Assembly (NCBI GenBank): GCA_963795855.1
Contig: CAWCIZ010000002.1
Coordinates: 576,001-640,000, forward strand
Origin: Vulcanimicrobiota bacterium
Lineage (GTDB): Bacteria > Vulcanimicrobiota > Vulcanimicrobiia > Vulcanimicrobiales > Vulcanimicrobiaceae
DNA: 64,000 nt
Direction: 5' to 3'
Shown here piece after piece: positions 50,352-59,347 of the stretch (positions within the stretch are counted from its first letter, which is position 1; every line of letters starts with the position of its first letter). A model generated the notes under the pieces. That model did no database searches. It was not told where the DNA came from and saw only the letters and a list, made by a program, of their open reading frames with translations. Position numbers and translations under genes: made by a program.

Positions 50352-50797
50352 AGTTCTTTGTTGAATGCGTGCTGAGTCTTGAGTACGTCGTACCCCAGGC
50401 GCTTGTAGAATTCGTGCGCGCGCTCCCGCACGACGTTCGAAACCAAACGCATGGACGTGCAGCCGTGACGCTGCGCCCACGCCTCGGCAGACTCGACGAG
50501 AAGTTGACCGATCCCGTTTCCGCGGTATTCGTCCTCGACGACGAGTCCCTCGATGTGCGCGCGTCCGCTTTCGATTAGCGAGTTGCGCAGCGCGACGCCA
50601 ATCCATCCGATGACTCCCGCCCGCGGAACGACCGCGACGAGGACCGCTCGTTCGCCGTTCAGTGCGTTCAAAACACGCGCGACATGCGCCGTTGAAACTT
50701 GGTATCCGAGTTGGCCGGCAAGGCTTGCGATGCGTTGTGCGTCGCTCGCGAGCGCATCGCGCACGGAGGCGCCGTGCCGGCTAGACGGGGACTGCAT
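50348..50797 (-). CDS. GNAT family N-acetyltransferase
   Basis: LVVEDEYRGNGIGQLLV, AHEFYKRLGY. Confidence 0.9.
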   Translation of the reverse strand: MQSPSSRHGASVRDALASDAQRIASLAGQLGYQVSTAHVARVLNALNGERAVLVAVVPRAGVIGWIGVALRNSLIESGRAHIEGLVVEDEYRGNGIGQLLVESAEAWAQRHGCTSMRLVSNVVRERAHEFYKRLGYDVLKTQHAFNKEL

Positions 50798-51545
50798 GAA
50801 CCGCTTCCACGACCGTATCGAAGACGCGCACTGCCGGTCCCGTCAAGCGCGGTTCGGTCGTGCCGTTCCACTCGACGAGCACGTGACCACCCGGTACGCG
50901 TATGTCGACCGGCGAATCCGCCAATCCGCGCCGAATCGCCGCCGCGGCGCACGCCACTGCTCCGGTGCCGCACGAATACGTCAAACCGGCGCCCCGTTCG
51001 TAGTGACGCACGCGCATGTGGTTCCGGTCGATGACGACGGCCGCGTGTATGTTCACGTCGGGATTCGATCGCCCGAGCATCTCCACGTCCACGTCTTCGA
51101 GCGATCGCGCGAAAATCACGACGTGCGGATTCCCGACCCACACGAAATCCGCGTCGGAAAACGGAAGCGTCCGGGCTTCGAAACGCGGCATGCTGACGTT
51201 CAGGCGCACGTCGCCGTTTTCGAGCACGCTCGCGAGGATCGTTCCGGCCAGCGTTTCGAAACGAAAATCCGACCCCTCGCCCGCGTCGGCTAGAAAACGT
51301 GCGGCGCAGCGCGCGCCGTTACCGCACATTTCCGCTTCGCTGCCGTCTGCGTTGATCACGCGCATGCGCACGTCGGCGGTTTCCGAGGGAAATAACGCGA
51401 TTACGCCGTCTGCGCCGACGCCCCCGCGCCGATCGCATGCATTTCTTGCAAATGCGTGCAGATCCGCGACGGTCGGGGGCCGCTGGTCGAGAACGATGAA
51501 ATCGTTGAACGTGCCGTGCATCTTCGTCACGGCGACGGAGGACAT
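50781..51545 (-). CDS. dapF: Diaminopimelate epimerase
   Basis: KMHGTFNDF, GVGADG, NADGSEAEMCGNG, VGNPH, ERGAGLTYSCGTGA. Confidence 0.95.
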   Translation of the reverse strand: MSSVAVTKMHGTFNDFIVLDQRPPTVADLHAFARNACDRRGGVGADGVIALFPSETADVRMRVINADGSEAEMCGNGARCAARFLADAGEGSDFRFETLAGTILASVLENGDVRLNVSMPRFEARTLPFSDADFVWVGNPHVVIFARSLEDVDVEMLGRSNPDVNIHAAVVIDRNHMRVRHYERGAGLTYSCGTGAVACAAAAIRRGLADSPVDIRVPGGHVLVEWNGTTEPRLTGPAVRVFDTVVEAVHAVPV

Positions 51546-51826
51546 CAGCCTGACGTTACTTCTTCGCGCTCGGGCGTTTGCGCCGGCGCGGGTTCGGGAC
51601 TGGCGAACGGACCTTGAGGCGAAATCGTCGAGACGGCATGTTTGTAAATCAAGTGGGTCTTACGCTCGTACTCGATCAAAATGGTGAAGGGATCGAAGCC
51701 CTTGACGATGCCGCGCAATTGGAAGCCGTTGACCAGATAAACGGTCACGGGAACGCCTTGCCGCTTGATTTCGGCTAGGTACGTATCTTGCAGGCTGCCC
51801 GGCATGTTAGCGGGCTTCAAACCCAT
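51545..51826 (-). CDS. hfq: RNA chaperone Hfq
   Basis: LQDTYL..PVTVYLVNGFQLRG..FDPFTI..LIYKHAVSTI. Confidence 0.95.
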   Translation of the reverse strand: MGLKPANMPGSLQDTYLAEIKRQGVPVTVYLVNGFQLRGIVKGFDPFTILIEYERKTHLIYKHAVSTISPQGPFASPEPAPAQTPEREEVTSG

Positions 51827-52713
51827 CGAAGATTTTCCCTTGCCAGACGCTCTACGTCAGCTCCGCGCGCCCACTGCGTCTGCGGCTCTGCGCGAAACCA
51901 CGCGGCCTGTCGCCGGGCATAACGGCGGGTCGCGCGCGCAAGCAGCGCGTGCAATTCGCCGCGCGTGCTCCATCCGCGCAGATACGCGAGCGCTTGCGGG
52001 TAACCTACCGCGCTGGCCGCAACTGCGTCCTCACCGATTCGTTCCGCCTCTTCAAGCAAACCGGCGGAAAGCAGCGTTTCGGTGCGGCGCTCGATGCGCC
52101 GGTCCAGCTCTGCCGAATCGATTTGCAGAAAAACCTTCAGAAACGGGATATCCGCGCTCGCGAGCGATTCCAGCGGCGTGTCGCGTAACCTGGACTCTTG
52201 CGGCGCGATCGCAACTTCCAGGGCGCGCAGCACACGGTATGAATCGCCCGCATGCAGCATCGCCGCGCGGCGCGGATCCCTCAACCTCAGCCATTCGTAC
52301 AAAAAGGCCGGCTCGTGCAGTTTTGCTTCATGCGCGAGCCGCGCGCGAACCGCTTCGTCGTACTGCGGCGCGAGATCGACCGCGCCGGTCAGCGCACGAA
52401 TATAGAACCCGGTGCCGCCGACGACGATGGCGCGCTTACCGCGTGTGTCGATGTCGCGCACGATACGTACCGCGTCGGTTGAAAACCGGGCCGCGGAGTA
52501 CCGTTCGTGCGGATCCAAAAAGCCGACGAGATGATGCGGAACCGCCGCGAGTTGCTCGGGCGAGGGCGCCGCCGTGCCGATGGGCATCCCGCGGTAGATT
52601 TGACGCGAATCCGCGCCGACGATCTCCGCGTCGAAGCGTTTGGCCAATTCGAGCGCAAGTTCGGTTTTTCCCGACGCCGTCGGGCCCGCGAGGACTAGGA
52701 CTCCGGTTCGCAC
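51817..52713 (-). CDS. miaA: tRNA dimethylallyltransferase
   Basis: GPTASGKT, ADSRQIYRGMPIGTA, VGGTGFY, TRRYARRQAAWF. Confidence 0.95.
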   Translation of the reverse strand: MRTGVLVLAGPTASGKTELALELAKRFDAEIVGADSRQIYRGMPIGTAAPSPEQLAAVPHHLVGFLDPHERYSAARFSTDAVRIVRDIDTRGKRAIVVGGTGFYIRALTGAVDLAPQYDEAVRARLAHEAKLHEPAFLYEWLRLRDPRRAAMLHAGDSYRVLRALEVAIAPQESRLRDTPLESLASADIPFLKVFLQIDSAELDRRIERRTETLLSAGLLEEAERIGEDAVAASAVGYPQALAYLRGWSTRGELHALLARATRRYARRQAAWFRAEPQTQWARGADVERLARENLRWV

Positions 52714-53165
52714 CGAACCGCGAAATTCACCGAGCGGGCGATAAAGCACAGTTCGTGCGCGCGGTGATGCAGAGAACGAAGCGTTTCGGCGTCGACGCTT
52801 TGCGTGAAACTCGCGTGCGGCCGCAACACCACCTGCGTAAACTGACCGGAGCCGTCCGCATTAATCTGCATCGTGCCCTCGGATTCGTCGGTGTACGCGG
52901 TAACGACGATGCCCGCCTGGGCGCACAAGTGCAGAAACCACAGCATGTGACAACCGGCGAGCGAGCCGATCAGCAACTCCTCCGGATTGTAGCGATCTTT
53001 ATCGCCACGGAAAACCGGCGTCGACGATGCCAGAATCGGCGCGCTTTTTTCCGCCGCCACGATTTCGTGATCGCGCCCGTACGCGCGGTACGTGCTCGTG
53101 CCGCTGCCCCTGTTGCCGGTCCACGTCAGGGTGGTGGTGTACCGGTGTTCGTCGTTCAATGCCAT
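52695..53165 (-). CDS. OsmC/Ohr family protein
   Basis: TWTGNRG, FRGDKDRYNPEELL..LAGCHML, AHELCFIARSV. Confidence 0.9.
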   Translation of the reverse strand: MALNDEHRYTTTLTWTGNRGSGTSTYRAYGRDHEIVAAEKSAPILASSTPVFRGDKDRYNPEELLIGSLAGCHMLWFLHLCAQAGIVVTAYTDESEGTMQINADGSGQFTQVVLRPHASFTQSVDAETLRSLHHRAHELCFIARSVNFAVRCEPES

Positions 53166-54847
53166 CAGAGTCTCTTGAATAACCTTTGAATTGCTTCGCT
53201 GTCCATGCGCACGATGGTCGGACGTCCGTGCGGGCAATGCATGGGATTATCGCACGTCTGCAAGCGATCGACGAGCATCGTCATCTCGGCCATGTCCAGC
53301 CGTTCACCCGCGCGCGTCACGGAATGGCACGCGAGCGAAGCCCACAAGCGTTCGCGCACGTCGCGCTGCTTGGGTTCTTCCGTCAAGTCTTGCAGGAAGC
53401 CGGCGACGTCGAACGCCCGCGAACGATAACCCGCGGGAGCGGCGACGATGCGGTACGTTCGCTCGCCGAAACTTTCGACTTCCAGTCCGCCCTCGCGCAG
53501 CAAATCCATCGCGCGATCCAGCGCCGCGCTTTCCGCCGGACCCAGTTCGAACGTATGCGGCACGAGGAGCGCTTCACCCGGCGCGCCCTGCTGCGCTGCG
53601 GCGACGATCTTTTCGTACGCGACGCGCTCGTGTGCCGCGTGCTGGTCGACGAGCAAGAGCGCACGTCCGTCCGTTGCCACGATGAACGTATTATCGAGCT
53701 GCGCCAACACGCGAAGGCCGCTCGCGTGCTCGCCCGAACCCGAACCGTTCCCGTTGTGTGCGAACAGCGATTGCAACTGCGGCAGCGCGGAATCCATCGC
53801 TTGCGGCGCTGCGGACACTGCAACGGCATCCCGAAAACGCGCCGTCGCATGGTCGCGCAAGCTCGTCGCGATAGCGCGCTTGACCGAGTCGAATACTTGA
53901 TGACCGTACCGCAGGCGCACGTCGCTTTTCGTCGGATGCACGTTGGGATCGACTTGTTCGGGCGGCAGATTCAAAAACAGCACGCCGTACGGCTGGCGCC
54001 CAAGCATCGCGAACGTCGAATACCCGGCGGTCCACGCACCCGCAAGCAGCGTGCTTCTAAGCAGCCTTCCGTTCACGAACAGGAGTTGCATGCGCCGGTC
54101 TGGGCGATCGTTCCCCGGCGTGCTGATGTAGCCGCTGAGCGTACCCTGCAGCCCGCGCGCCGCTTCGGAACTCAGCGGCATCAGCGTTTCGGCGGCGCTT
54201 TTGCCGAACACCGCGGCAAGGCGCGCGCTCGGATCGCCGCTCGCGGGAATCGTCCATACCTCTTTACCGTCGTGATGCAGCGAAAACGTTATATGCGGAT
54301 ATGCCAAAGAGAACGTCGAGAGCCAGCCGGATATGCGGTTGAATTCCGCGCTTGCGGAACGCAAATACTCGCGGCGAACCGGCACGTTCGCGAACAGGTC
54401 GCCGGCGCGTACGGTAGTGCCGACCGGCGCTGGTGCGGGCTCCACGCTTTCCGCGCGCTCCGCATGCGCGCGAATACGCGCGCCGATTTGCATGCCGGCG
54501 CGGCGCGTCAATATTTCGAGTTGAGCGACTGCGGCGATGCTCGCTAGCCCTTCACCGCGAAAACCGAGCGAGTCGATGGACTCCAAATCCGCCGCTATCG
54601 CCAGTTTGCTCGTGGCGTGACGCTGCACGGCCAGCGGAAGATCTTCCGGAGCGATGCCCGCGCCGTCGTCCGCCACTTCCACCAAACGCACGCCGCCGTC
54701 TTCGAGCGTGACGGCAATCCGCGCCGCGCCGGCATCAACCGCATTTTCTACGAGTTCCTTCACCACGGAAAGCGGCCGCTCTATCACCTCGCCGGCCGCG
54801 ATTTGCCCGACGGTTTGCGGATCGAGCAGGCGTATCGCGCTAGTCAA
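53165..54847 (-). CDS. mutL: DNA mismatch repair protein MutL (endonuclease type)
   Basis: IAAGEVIERP, GFRGEGL, DPNVHPTK, DQHAAHERVAYE, CPHGRP. Confidence 0.96.
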   Translation of the reverse strand: MTSAIRLLDPQTVGQIAAGEVIERPLSVVKELVENAVDAGAARIAVTLEDGGVRLVEVADDGAGIAPEDLPLAVQRHATSKLAIAADLESIDSLGFRGEGLASIAAVAQLEILTRRAGMQIGARIRAHAERAESVEPAPAPVGTTVRAGDLFANVPVRREYLRSASAEFNRISGWLSTFSLAYPHITFSLHHDGKEVWTIPASGDPSARLAAVFGKSAAETLMPLSSEAARGLQGTLSGYISTPGNDRPDRRMQLLFVNGRLLRSTLLAGAWTAGYSTFAMLGRQPYGVLFLNLPPEQVDPNVHPTKSDVRLRYGHQVFDSVKRAIATSLRDHATARFRDAVAVSAAPQAMDSALPQLQSLFAHNGNGSGSGEHASGLRVLAQLDNTFIVATDGRALLLVDQHAAHERVAYEKIVAAAQQGAPGEALLVPHTFELGPAESAALDRAMDLLREGGLEVESFGERTYRIVAAPAGYRSRAFDVAGFLQDLTEEPKQRDVRERLWASLACHSVTRAGERLDMAEMTMLVDRLQTCDNPMHCPHGRPTIVRMDSEAIQRLFKRL

Positions 54848-55367
54848 AGTGGTGCTGCTCGACCGCAGCTTTTACCGCGGTATACACGCGCTCGACGAGC
54901 GCGGCGTCGGTATCGTCAGCCGGGTCGCCGGCGAGCACCGCAAAGATCGTATTGCGAAGAGTATCTGCATACGAGTCGCCAATGGCAATCTCGCCGGAAA
55001 GCATGGCTTCGACGAACGCCTCCACGTCCCCGGAGTCGTTGGCAGAGGCGACGACGTCGTTGTACTGCGCTTCGGCGCCTTTCGTCCACGCGTATGCGAA
55101 CGTGTCGCACAAACTGCTCGCCTCTTCCGCCCGTTCGCCGTAGAACACGAACGAACGCGCGCCGGCACTCGCGTCGAATTCAGTCCAGTCTTGCAGCCCA
55201 CCGAATAACTCGTTGAGCAGCCATCCCAGTTCGTCGCTTTTCCACCCATTCTTCAGCACTACCGCAGCGATTGAATAACCTTGCGGCGCTTCCGATCCGC
55301 CGGCGCCCGGCGTCGCGGGCGCAAAAATCTCACGCCCGTATGCCGATCCGACGTGCGTGTACGTCAT
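54840..55367 (-). CDS. Acidic hypothetical protein between mutS and mutL
   Basis: 175-aa ORF overlapping both neighbours on the same strand. Confidence 0.65.
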   Translation of the reverse strand: MTYTHVGSAYGREIFAPATPGAGGSEAPQGYSIAAVVLKNGWKSDELGWLLNELFGGLQDWTEFDASAGARSFVFYGERAEEASSLCDTFAYAWTKGAEAQYNDVVASANDSGDVEAFVEAMLSGEIAIGDSYADTLRNTIFAVLAGDPADDTDAALVERVYTAVKAAVEQHHFD

Positions 55368-57843
55368 TCGCGGGAGAGCAACGAGAGTCTGCGAGGCCGG
55401 CGCGACTTTCGGCAGCTCTGCGTTTTAGAGGAACTTGTTCTTCCAGATCCGCGTGGCCCGACAACGCATCCGCGATCTCTTGCGCGCGCTCCACCACTGC
55501 GTCCGGAAGGCCCGCCATGCGTGCGACTTCAATGCCGAACGAACGTGAGGAACTTCCCGGCAGAACGCGGTGCGAAAAGACCGGAGCGCCCGCGCGCGCG
55601 GTATTCTCGACCGCCGTGATGTGATAGTTTGCTACCAACTTCCAATGATCGGCGAGCGAAACTAACTCGTGAAAATGCGTCGCGAACAGCACTAGCGGCG
55701 AATGTTCGTCCAGACCGAGCAGAAATTCGCAGATCGCTTGCGCGATCGCCAAGCCATCGATCGTGCCGGTGCCACGGCCCACTTCATCGATGAGCAGCAA
55801 GCTGCGGCGCGTGCAGCGGCGTAGAATCGTCGCCGCTTCGGCCATCTCCAGATAAAACGTCGACTGTCCCGAAGCGAGATCGTCGCCCGCGCCGATGCGC
55901 GTGAAGATACGATCTACGATTCCGAGGTTCGCCCGTTTTGCCGGCACGAACGAGCCGATTTGCGCCATAATCGTCAGCAGCGCCGTTTGACGCAAGTACG
56001 TCGACTTGCCGCCCATATTCGGCCCGGTCAGCAAAATGAACCGGTGCGATTCCCCGCGCAGATGCAGATCGTTCGGCACGAAATGGGTGCGCAGCACCGC
56101 TTCCATCACCGGATGACGGCCTTCGGCGACGTCGACCTCGCTTTGCTCGTGGAACGCGGGTCGCACGTAGCCGCGTTCGGCGGCGCATTGTGCCAGCGAG
56201 CAGAGGACGTCCAATTCGGCCAGGGCATGTGCCGTTCGAAGCAGATCGTCTATGCGAAGCGCTACGCGATCGACCATTTCGGCGAAGAGTCGTTCTTCCA
56301 GCCGCAATTGACGGCTCTGTGCGGTCGTGATCGCGATCTCGAGTTCTTTCAATTCCGGCGTGACGTACCGCTCGCCCGAGGTGAGCGTTTGTTTCCGCAC
56401 GTAGTCGGGGGGCACTTGCGCGGCGAAGCTCTTGCCGATCTCGATTGCGTAGCCGAAGGCGCTCGCGTACTTGATCTTCAGCGACTTGATTCCGGTGCGT
56501 TCCCGTTCGCGCTCTTCGAGTTCGTTCAACTTTCCGCGCGCGTCCGTGCGCAGCGTGACGCACTCGGCCAAGCCGGCGTCGTATTCCGGGCGGATGACGC
56601 CGCCGTCCGCGATCTGCGCGGGAGGTTCATCGACCAACGCACGCTGCAAATCCGCGAGCAAGTCATCGAATTCCGCAATCTGTTCTACGTGAAATGCGAG
56701 CGCCGTCGGAGCCACTTGCCGCAGAGGCCGCACGATGTCGAGCGTGCGCCGCAGAGAAGCGAGGTCGCGTGGAAGCGCGCGTTTGAAGCGAACTTTTTGC
56801 GCGATACGTTCGAGATCGAAGCAGCCTCGCAGCAGCTCCTGCAGCGATTCCCGCCGCACGTGCTCGTCGATGAGGGCCTGCACCGCGTCCGCGCGCCGAA
56901 CGATCGCGGCGCGATCCACGAGCGGAGCAAGGATCCAGCGCGCCAGCATGCGAGACCCCATCGACGTCGCGCATTTGTCCAGCGTCGCAAGCAACGTCGC
57001 CTTCGGATTCGCGCCAAGCGCTTTGGTGAGTTCGAGATTCTTTCGCGTATTCGGATCGAGCGCGAGAAACGTCTGATGCCGGTAAAATTCCGGCGGCGAG
57101 AGCGGCGCATCGGACGCGGCGACGCCGGTGCGGCGCACGAAACCGACGAGTGCGTCGAGCGCGCGGTGCATCGCGAGCGATTCGTCGAGCGAAAAGCCGT
57201 TCACCGGCGCGCGGCTGCGCCCGTTCACTACGGTCAAGGTCGGAGCCGTCACGCGGGCGCCGATACCTTCCAAAGCGTTCGTCAACGCCGCGCGCACGTC
57301 GGCTGCGGCGTCGGCCACGAGTTCCGCCGGCGCGATGCGCCCCAATTCCGCAAGCAGTTCATCGTACGCCGCTTCGCCGGTCAGCGCCGTCGCCGCGCAC
57401 AAGCCGGTCGAAACGTCGGCGTATGCGAGCGCGAACGTTTCCTCAATTGCCGTCACGGCCGCGAGATAATTGTTCTGCTTGCCTTCCAGCAATTGGTCTT
57501 CGATCAGCGTGCCCGGCGTAACGATGCGCACGACGTCGCGCCGAACGAGCTTGTTCGCCTGTGGAGCCTCGAGTTGTTCGGCGAGCGCAACGATGAAACG
57601 CTGCTGCACCAAGCGCGCCAAATATTGCGCGAGCGCGTGGTGCGGAACGCCTGCCATGGCGACGCGTCTTCCGCTGCCGGCTTCTTTCGACGTCAGCGCA
57701 ATAGAAAGCGCACGCGCGATCGTCTCCGCGTCTTCCCCATAGGCTTCGTAAAAGTCACCGACGCGTGAGAGTAAGATCGCTTCGGGATGACGCGATTTCA
57801 TTCCGAAGTACTGCTCGAGCATTGGTGAGTAGCCGGCACTCAC
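55330..57843 (-). CDS. mutS: DNA mismatch repair protein MutS (extreme C-terminus possibly frameshifted)
   Basis: SPMLEQY, GDFYE, MAGVP, TGPNMGGKSTY, DEVGRGT, FATHFHEL, SFGIEVA. Confidence 0.96.
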   Translation of the reverse strand: MSAGYSPMLEQYFGMKSRHPEAILLSRVGDFYEAYGEDAETIARALSIALTSKEAGSGRRVAMAGVPHHALAQYLARLVQQRFIVALAEQLEAPQANKLVRRDVVRIVTPGTLIEDQLLEGKQNNYLAAVTAIEETFALAYADVSTGLCAATALTGEAAYDELLAELGRIAPAELVADAAADVRAALTNALEGIGARVTAPTLTVVNGRSRAPVNGFSLDESLAMHRALDALVGFVRRTGVAASDAPLSPPEFYRHQTFLALDPNTRKNLELTKALGANPKATLLATLDKCATSMGSRMLARWILAPLVDRAAIVRRADAVQALIDEHVRRESLQELLRGCFDLERIAQKVRFKRALPRDLASLRRTLDIVRPLRQVAPTALAFHVEQIAEFDDLLADLQRALVDEPPAQIADGGVIRPEYDAGLAECVTLRTDARGKLNELEERERERTGIKSLKIKYASAFGYAIEIGKSFAAQVPPDYVRKQTLTSGERYVTPELKELEIAITTAQSRQLRLEERLFAEMVDRVALRIDDLLRTAHALAELDVLCSLAQCAAERGYVRPAFHEQSEVDVAEGRHPVMEAVLRTHFVPNDLHLRGESHRFILLTGPNMGGKSTYLRQTALLTIMAQIGSFVPAKRANLGIVDRIFTRIGAGDDLASGQSTFYLEMAEAATILRRCTRRSLLLIDEVGRGTGTIDGLAIAQAICEFLLGLDEHSPLVLFATHFHELVSLADHWKLVANYHITAVENTARAGAPVFSHRVLPGSSSRSFGIEVARMAGLPDAVVERAQEIADALSGHADLEEQVPLKRRAAESRAGLADSRCSPANDVHARRIGIRA

Positions 57844-57867
57844 GGTGCGGACTTTCGTCGGTCTGCC

Positions 57868-57876
57868 TGTGGATAA
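57868..57876 (-). promoter_or_regulatory. Perfect DnaA box
   Basis: TTATCCACA in the 50-bp miaB-mutS spacer. Confidence 0.6.
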
Positions 57877-57893
57877 CTTGTGAGGGGCAGCGT

Positions 57894-59306
57894 TCAGGAG
57901 GAGAGCGCGAGCAAATCGATCGCGGCGCGCGGTACGGAAACGCCGTCATCCGCATAGCGCGTCGCGCGACGAACGATCGTGCCGGCGCAGCCCCAGACGA
58001 AACCTTCGTGAATTTCCACGTCCAGCCACGGTTCGCGAGCGTACACGGCTGTGTCGTAATCCGGCGGCATAGGCGCGATCACGCTCACGTTGTCCGTCGA
58101 TTTGCCGGCGAGCTTCGCGGCGTCTTTCTTCGACGGCCCTTGCACGAGCACCCGAACGGTCGTGCCGATTTTGCGTTCGTGATATGCGCGCGACGCCGTA
58201 TTCTGCGCGGCCGCCAATCGTTTGAACCGATCGCTTGCGGCAGCCGGATCGACCTGCTCCCAGCGCGCCGCCGGCGTGCCGCGGCGCGGAGAGTAAATGA
58301 ACATGTACGCGTTCGCGAAGAGACCGGTCTTCACGTAGTCCAGCGTTGCCGCAAAGTCCGTTTCGGTTTCTCCCGGAAAACCGACGATGACGTCGGTCGT
58401 GATTGCCCACCCTGGAAGATAGCGCCGAATCAGCGCGACCTTCTCGCGGAATTGTTCCATCGTATATTTGCGGTTCATGCGGCGAAGCACTGCGTCGCTG
58501 GCAGATTGAAGCGGCAGGTGCACGCGCGGGTTCAGCTGCGCAGCGGATGCCAAGTCGCGAACGATCTTCTCGGTGAAATCCTTGGGATGGGGCGAGATGA
58601 ACGACAGGCGCTCGAGTTGCGGCACCTCCGCGGCGACGCGCTTACAAAGGTCGCCGAAGTCGCTGCCGTCGGCAGGGTCTTTGTAGGCGTTGACGGTTTG
58701 TCCGACGAGCATCACCTCGCGAGCGCCCGCATCGACGCGTTCGCGCACTTCGCTGACGATCTCGCGCGCCGGGCGATGATCGAAACGGCCGCGCACGTGC
58801 GGAACGATGCAGAACGTACAATAGTACGAGCACCCGCGCTGGACCGTCACGAAACCGCGAAGATGCGAGAAAGCATCCGCGATGCAGTCCGCCGCACCGC
58901 CGAAAGGCATGAGCAGCGCGCGCTCTTCCGTCAGATCCGTATCTTCGAATCCGGGGCGCCACTGCGCCAAAGCATCGCCCATTTGTACGAGCTCGGACGT
59001 GCCGAACACCGCATCGAGATGCGGCACGATCGACTGCATGCGATCGCGGTCTTGCTCGGCCAAGCACCCCATCACCACCAGCTTGAGCGCGGGATCCGCT
59101 TGTTTGAGCACTTTGAAGTGATTCATGCGACCGTATGCGCGGCGTTCCGCGTTGTCGCGCACCGTGCAGGTGTTGAGCACGACGACGTTCGCGTCTTCCG
59201 GACGTTCGGCGACCGCATAACCGGCTGACGCGGCTCGATCCGCTATGTACTGCGAATCGGCCTCGTTCATTTGACAACCGAAAGTCTCGATATAGATGCT
59301 CGCCAT
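57894..59306 (-). CDS. miaB: tRNA methylthiotransferase MiaB
   Basis: TFGCQMN, NTCTVR, GCSYYCTFCIVP, DVIVGFPGET, YSPRRGT, TRAM domain. Confidence 0.94.
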   Translation of the reverse strand: MASIYIETFGCQMNEADSQYIADRAASAGYAVAERPEDANVVVLNTCTVRDNAERRAYGRMNHFKVLKQADPALKLVVMGCLAEQDRDRMQSIVPHLDAVFGTSELVQMGDALAQWRPGFEDTDLTEERALLMPFGGAADCIADAFSHLRGFVTVQRGCSYYCTFCIVPHVRGRFDHRPAREIVSEVRERVDAGAREVMLVGQTVNAYKDPADGSDFGDLCKRVAAEVPQLERLSFISPHPKDFTEKIVRDLASAAQLNPRVHLPLQSASDAVLRRMNRKYTMEQFREKVALIRRYLPGWAITTDVIVGFPGETETDFAATLDYVKTGLFANAYMFIYSPRRGTPAARWEQVDPAAASDRFKRLAAAQNTASRAYHERKIGTTVRVLVQGPSKKDAAKLAGKSTDNVSVIAPMPPDYDTAVYAREPWLDVEIHEGFVWGCAGTIVRRATRYADDGVSVPRAAIDLLALSS

Positions 59307-59347
59307 GCCCTGCGGGAATACCCCGCGACGCCCGGAAACTCCCACGC

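Noticed and set aside
57844..57893. Replication origin
   Set aside because: One perfect DnaA box only, no AT-rich unwinding element, spacer too short
55960..59228. Long + strand ORFs (602 aa, 487 aa)
   Set aside because: Antisense shadows of mutS and miaB, typical of high-GC DNA; no protein motifs
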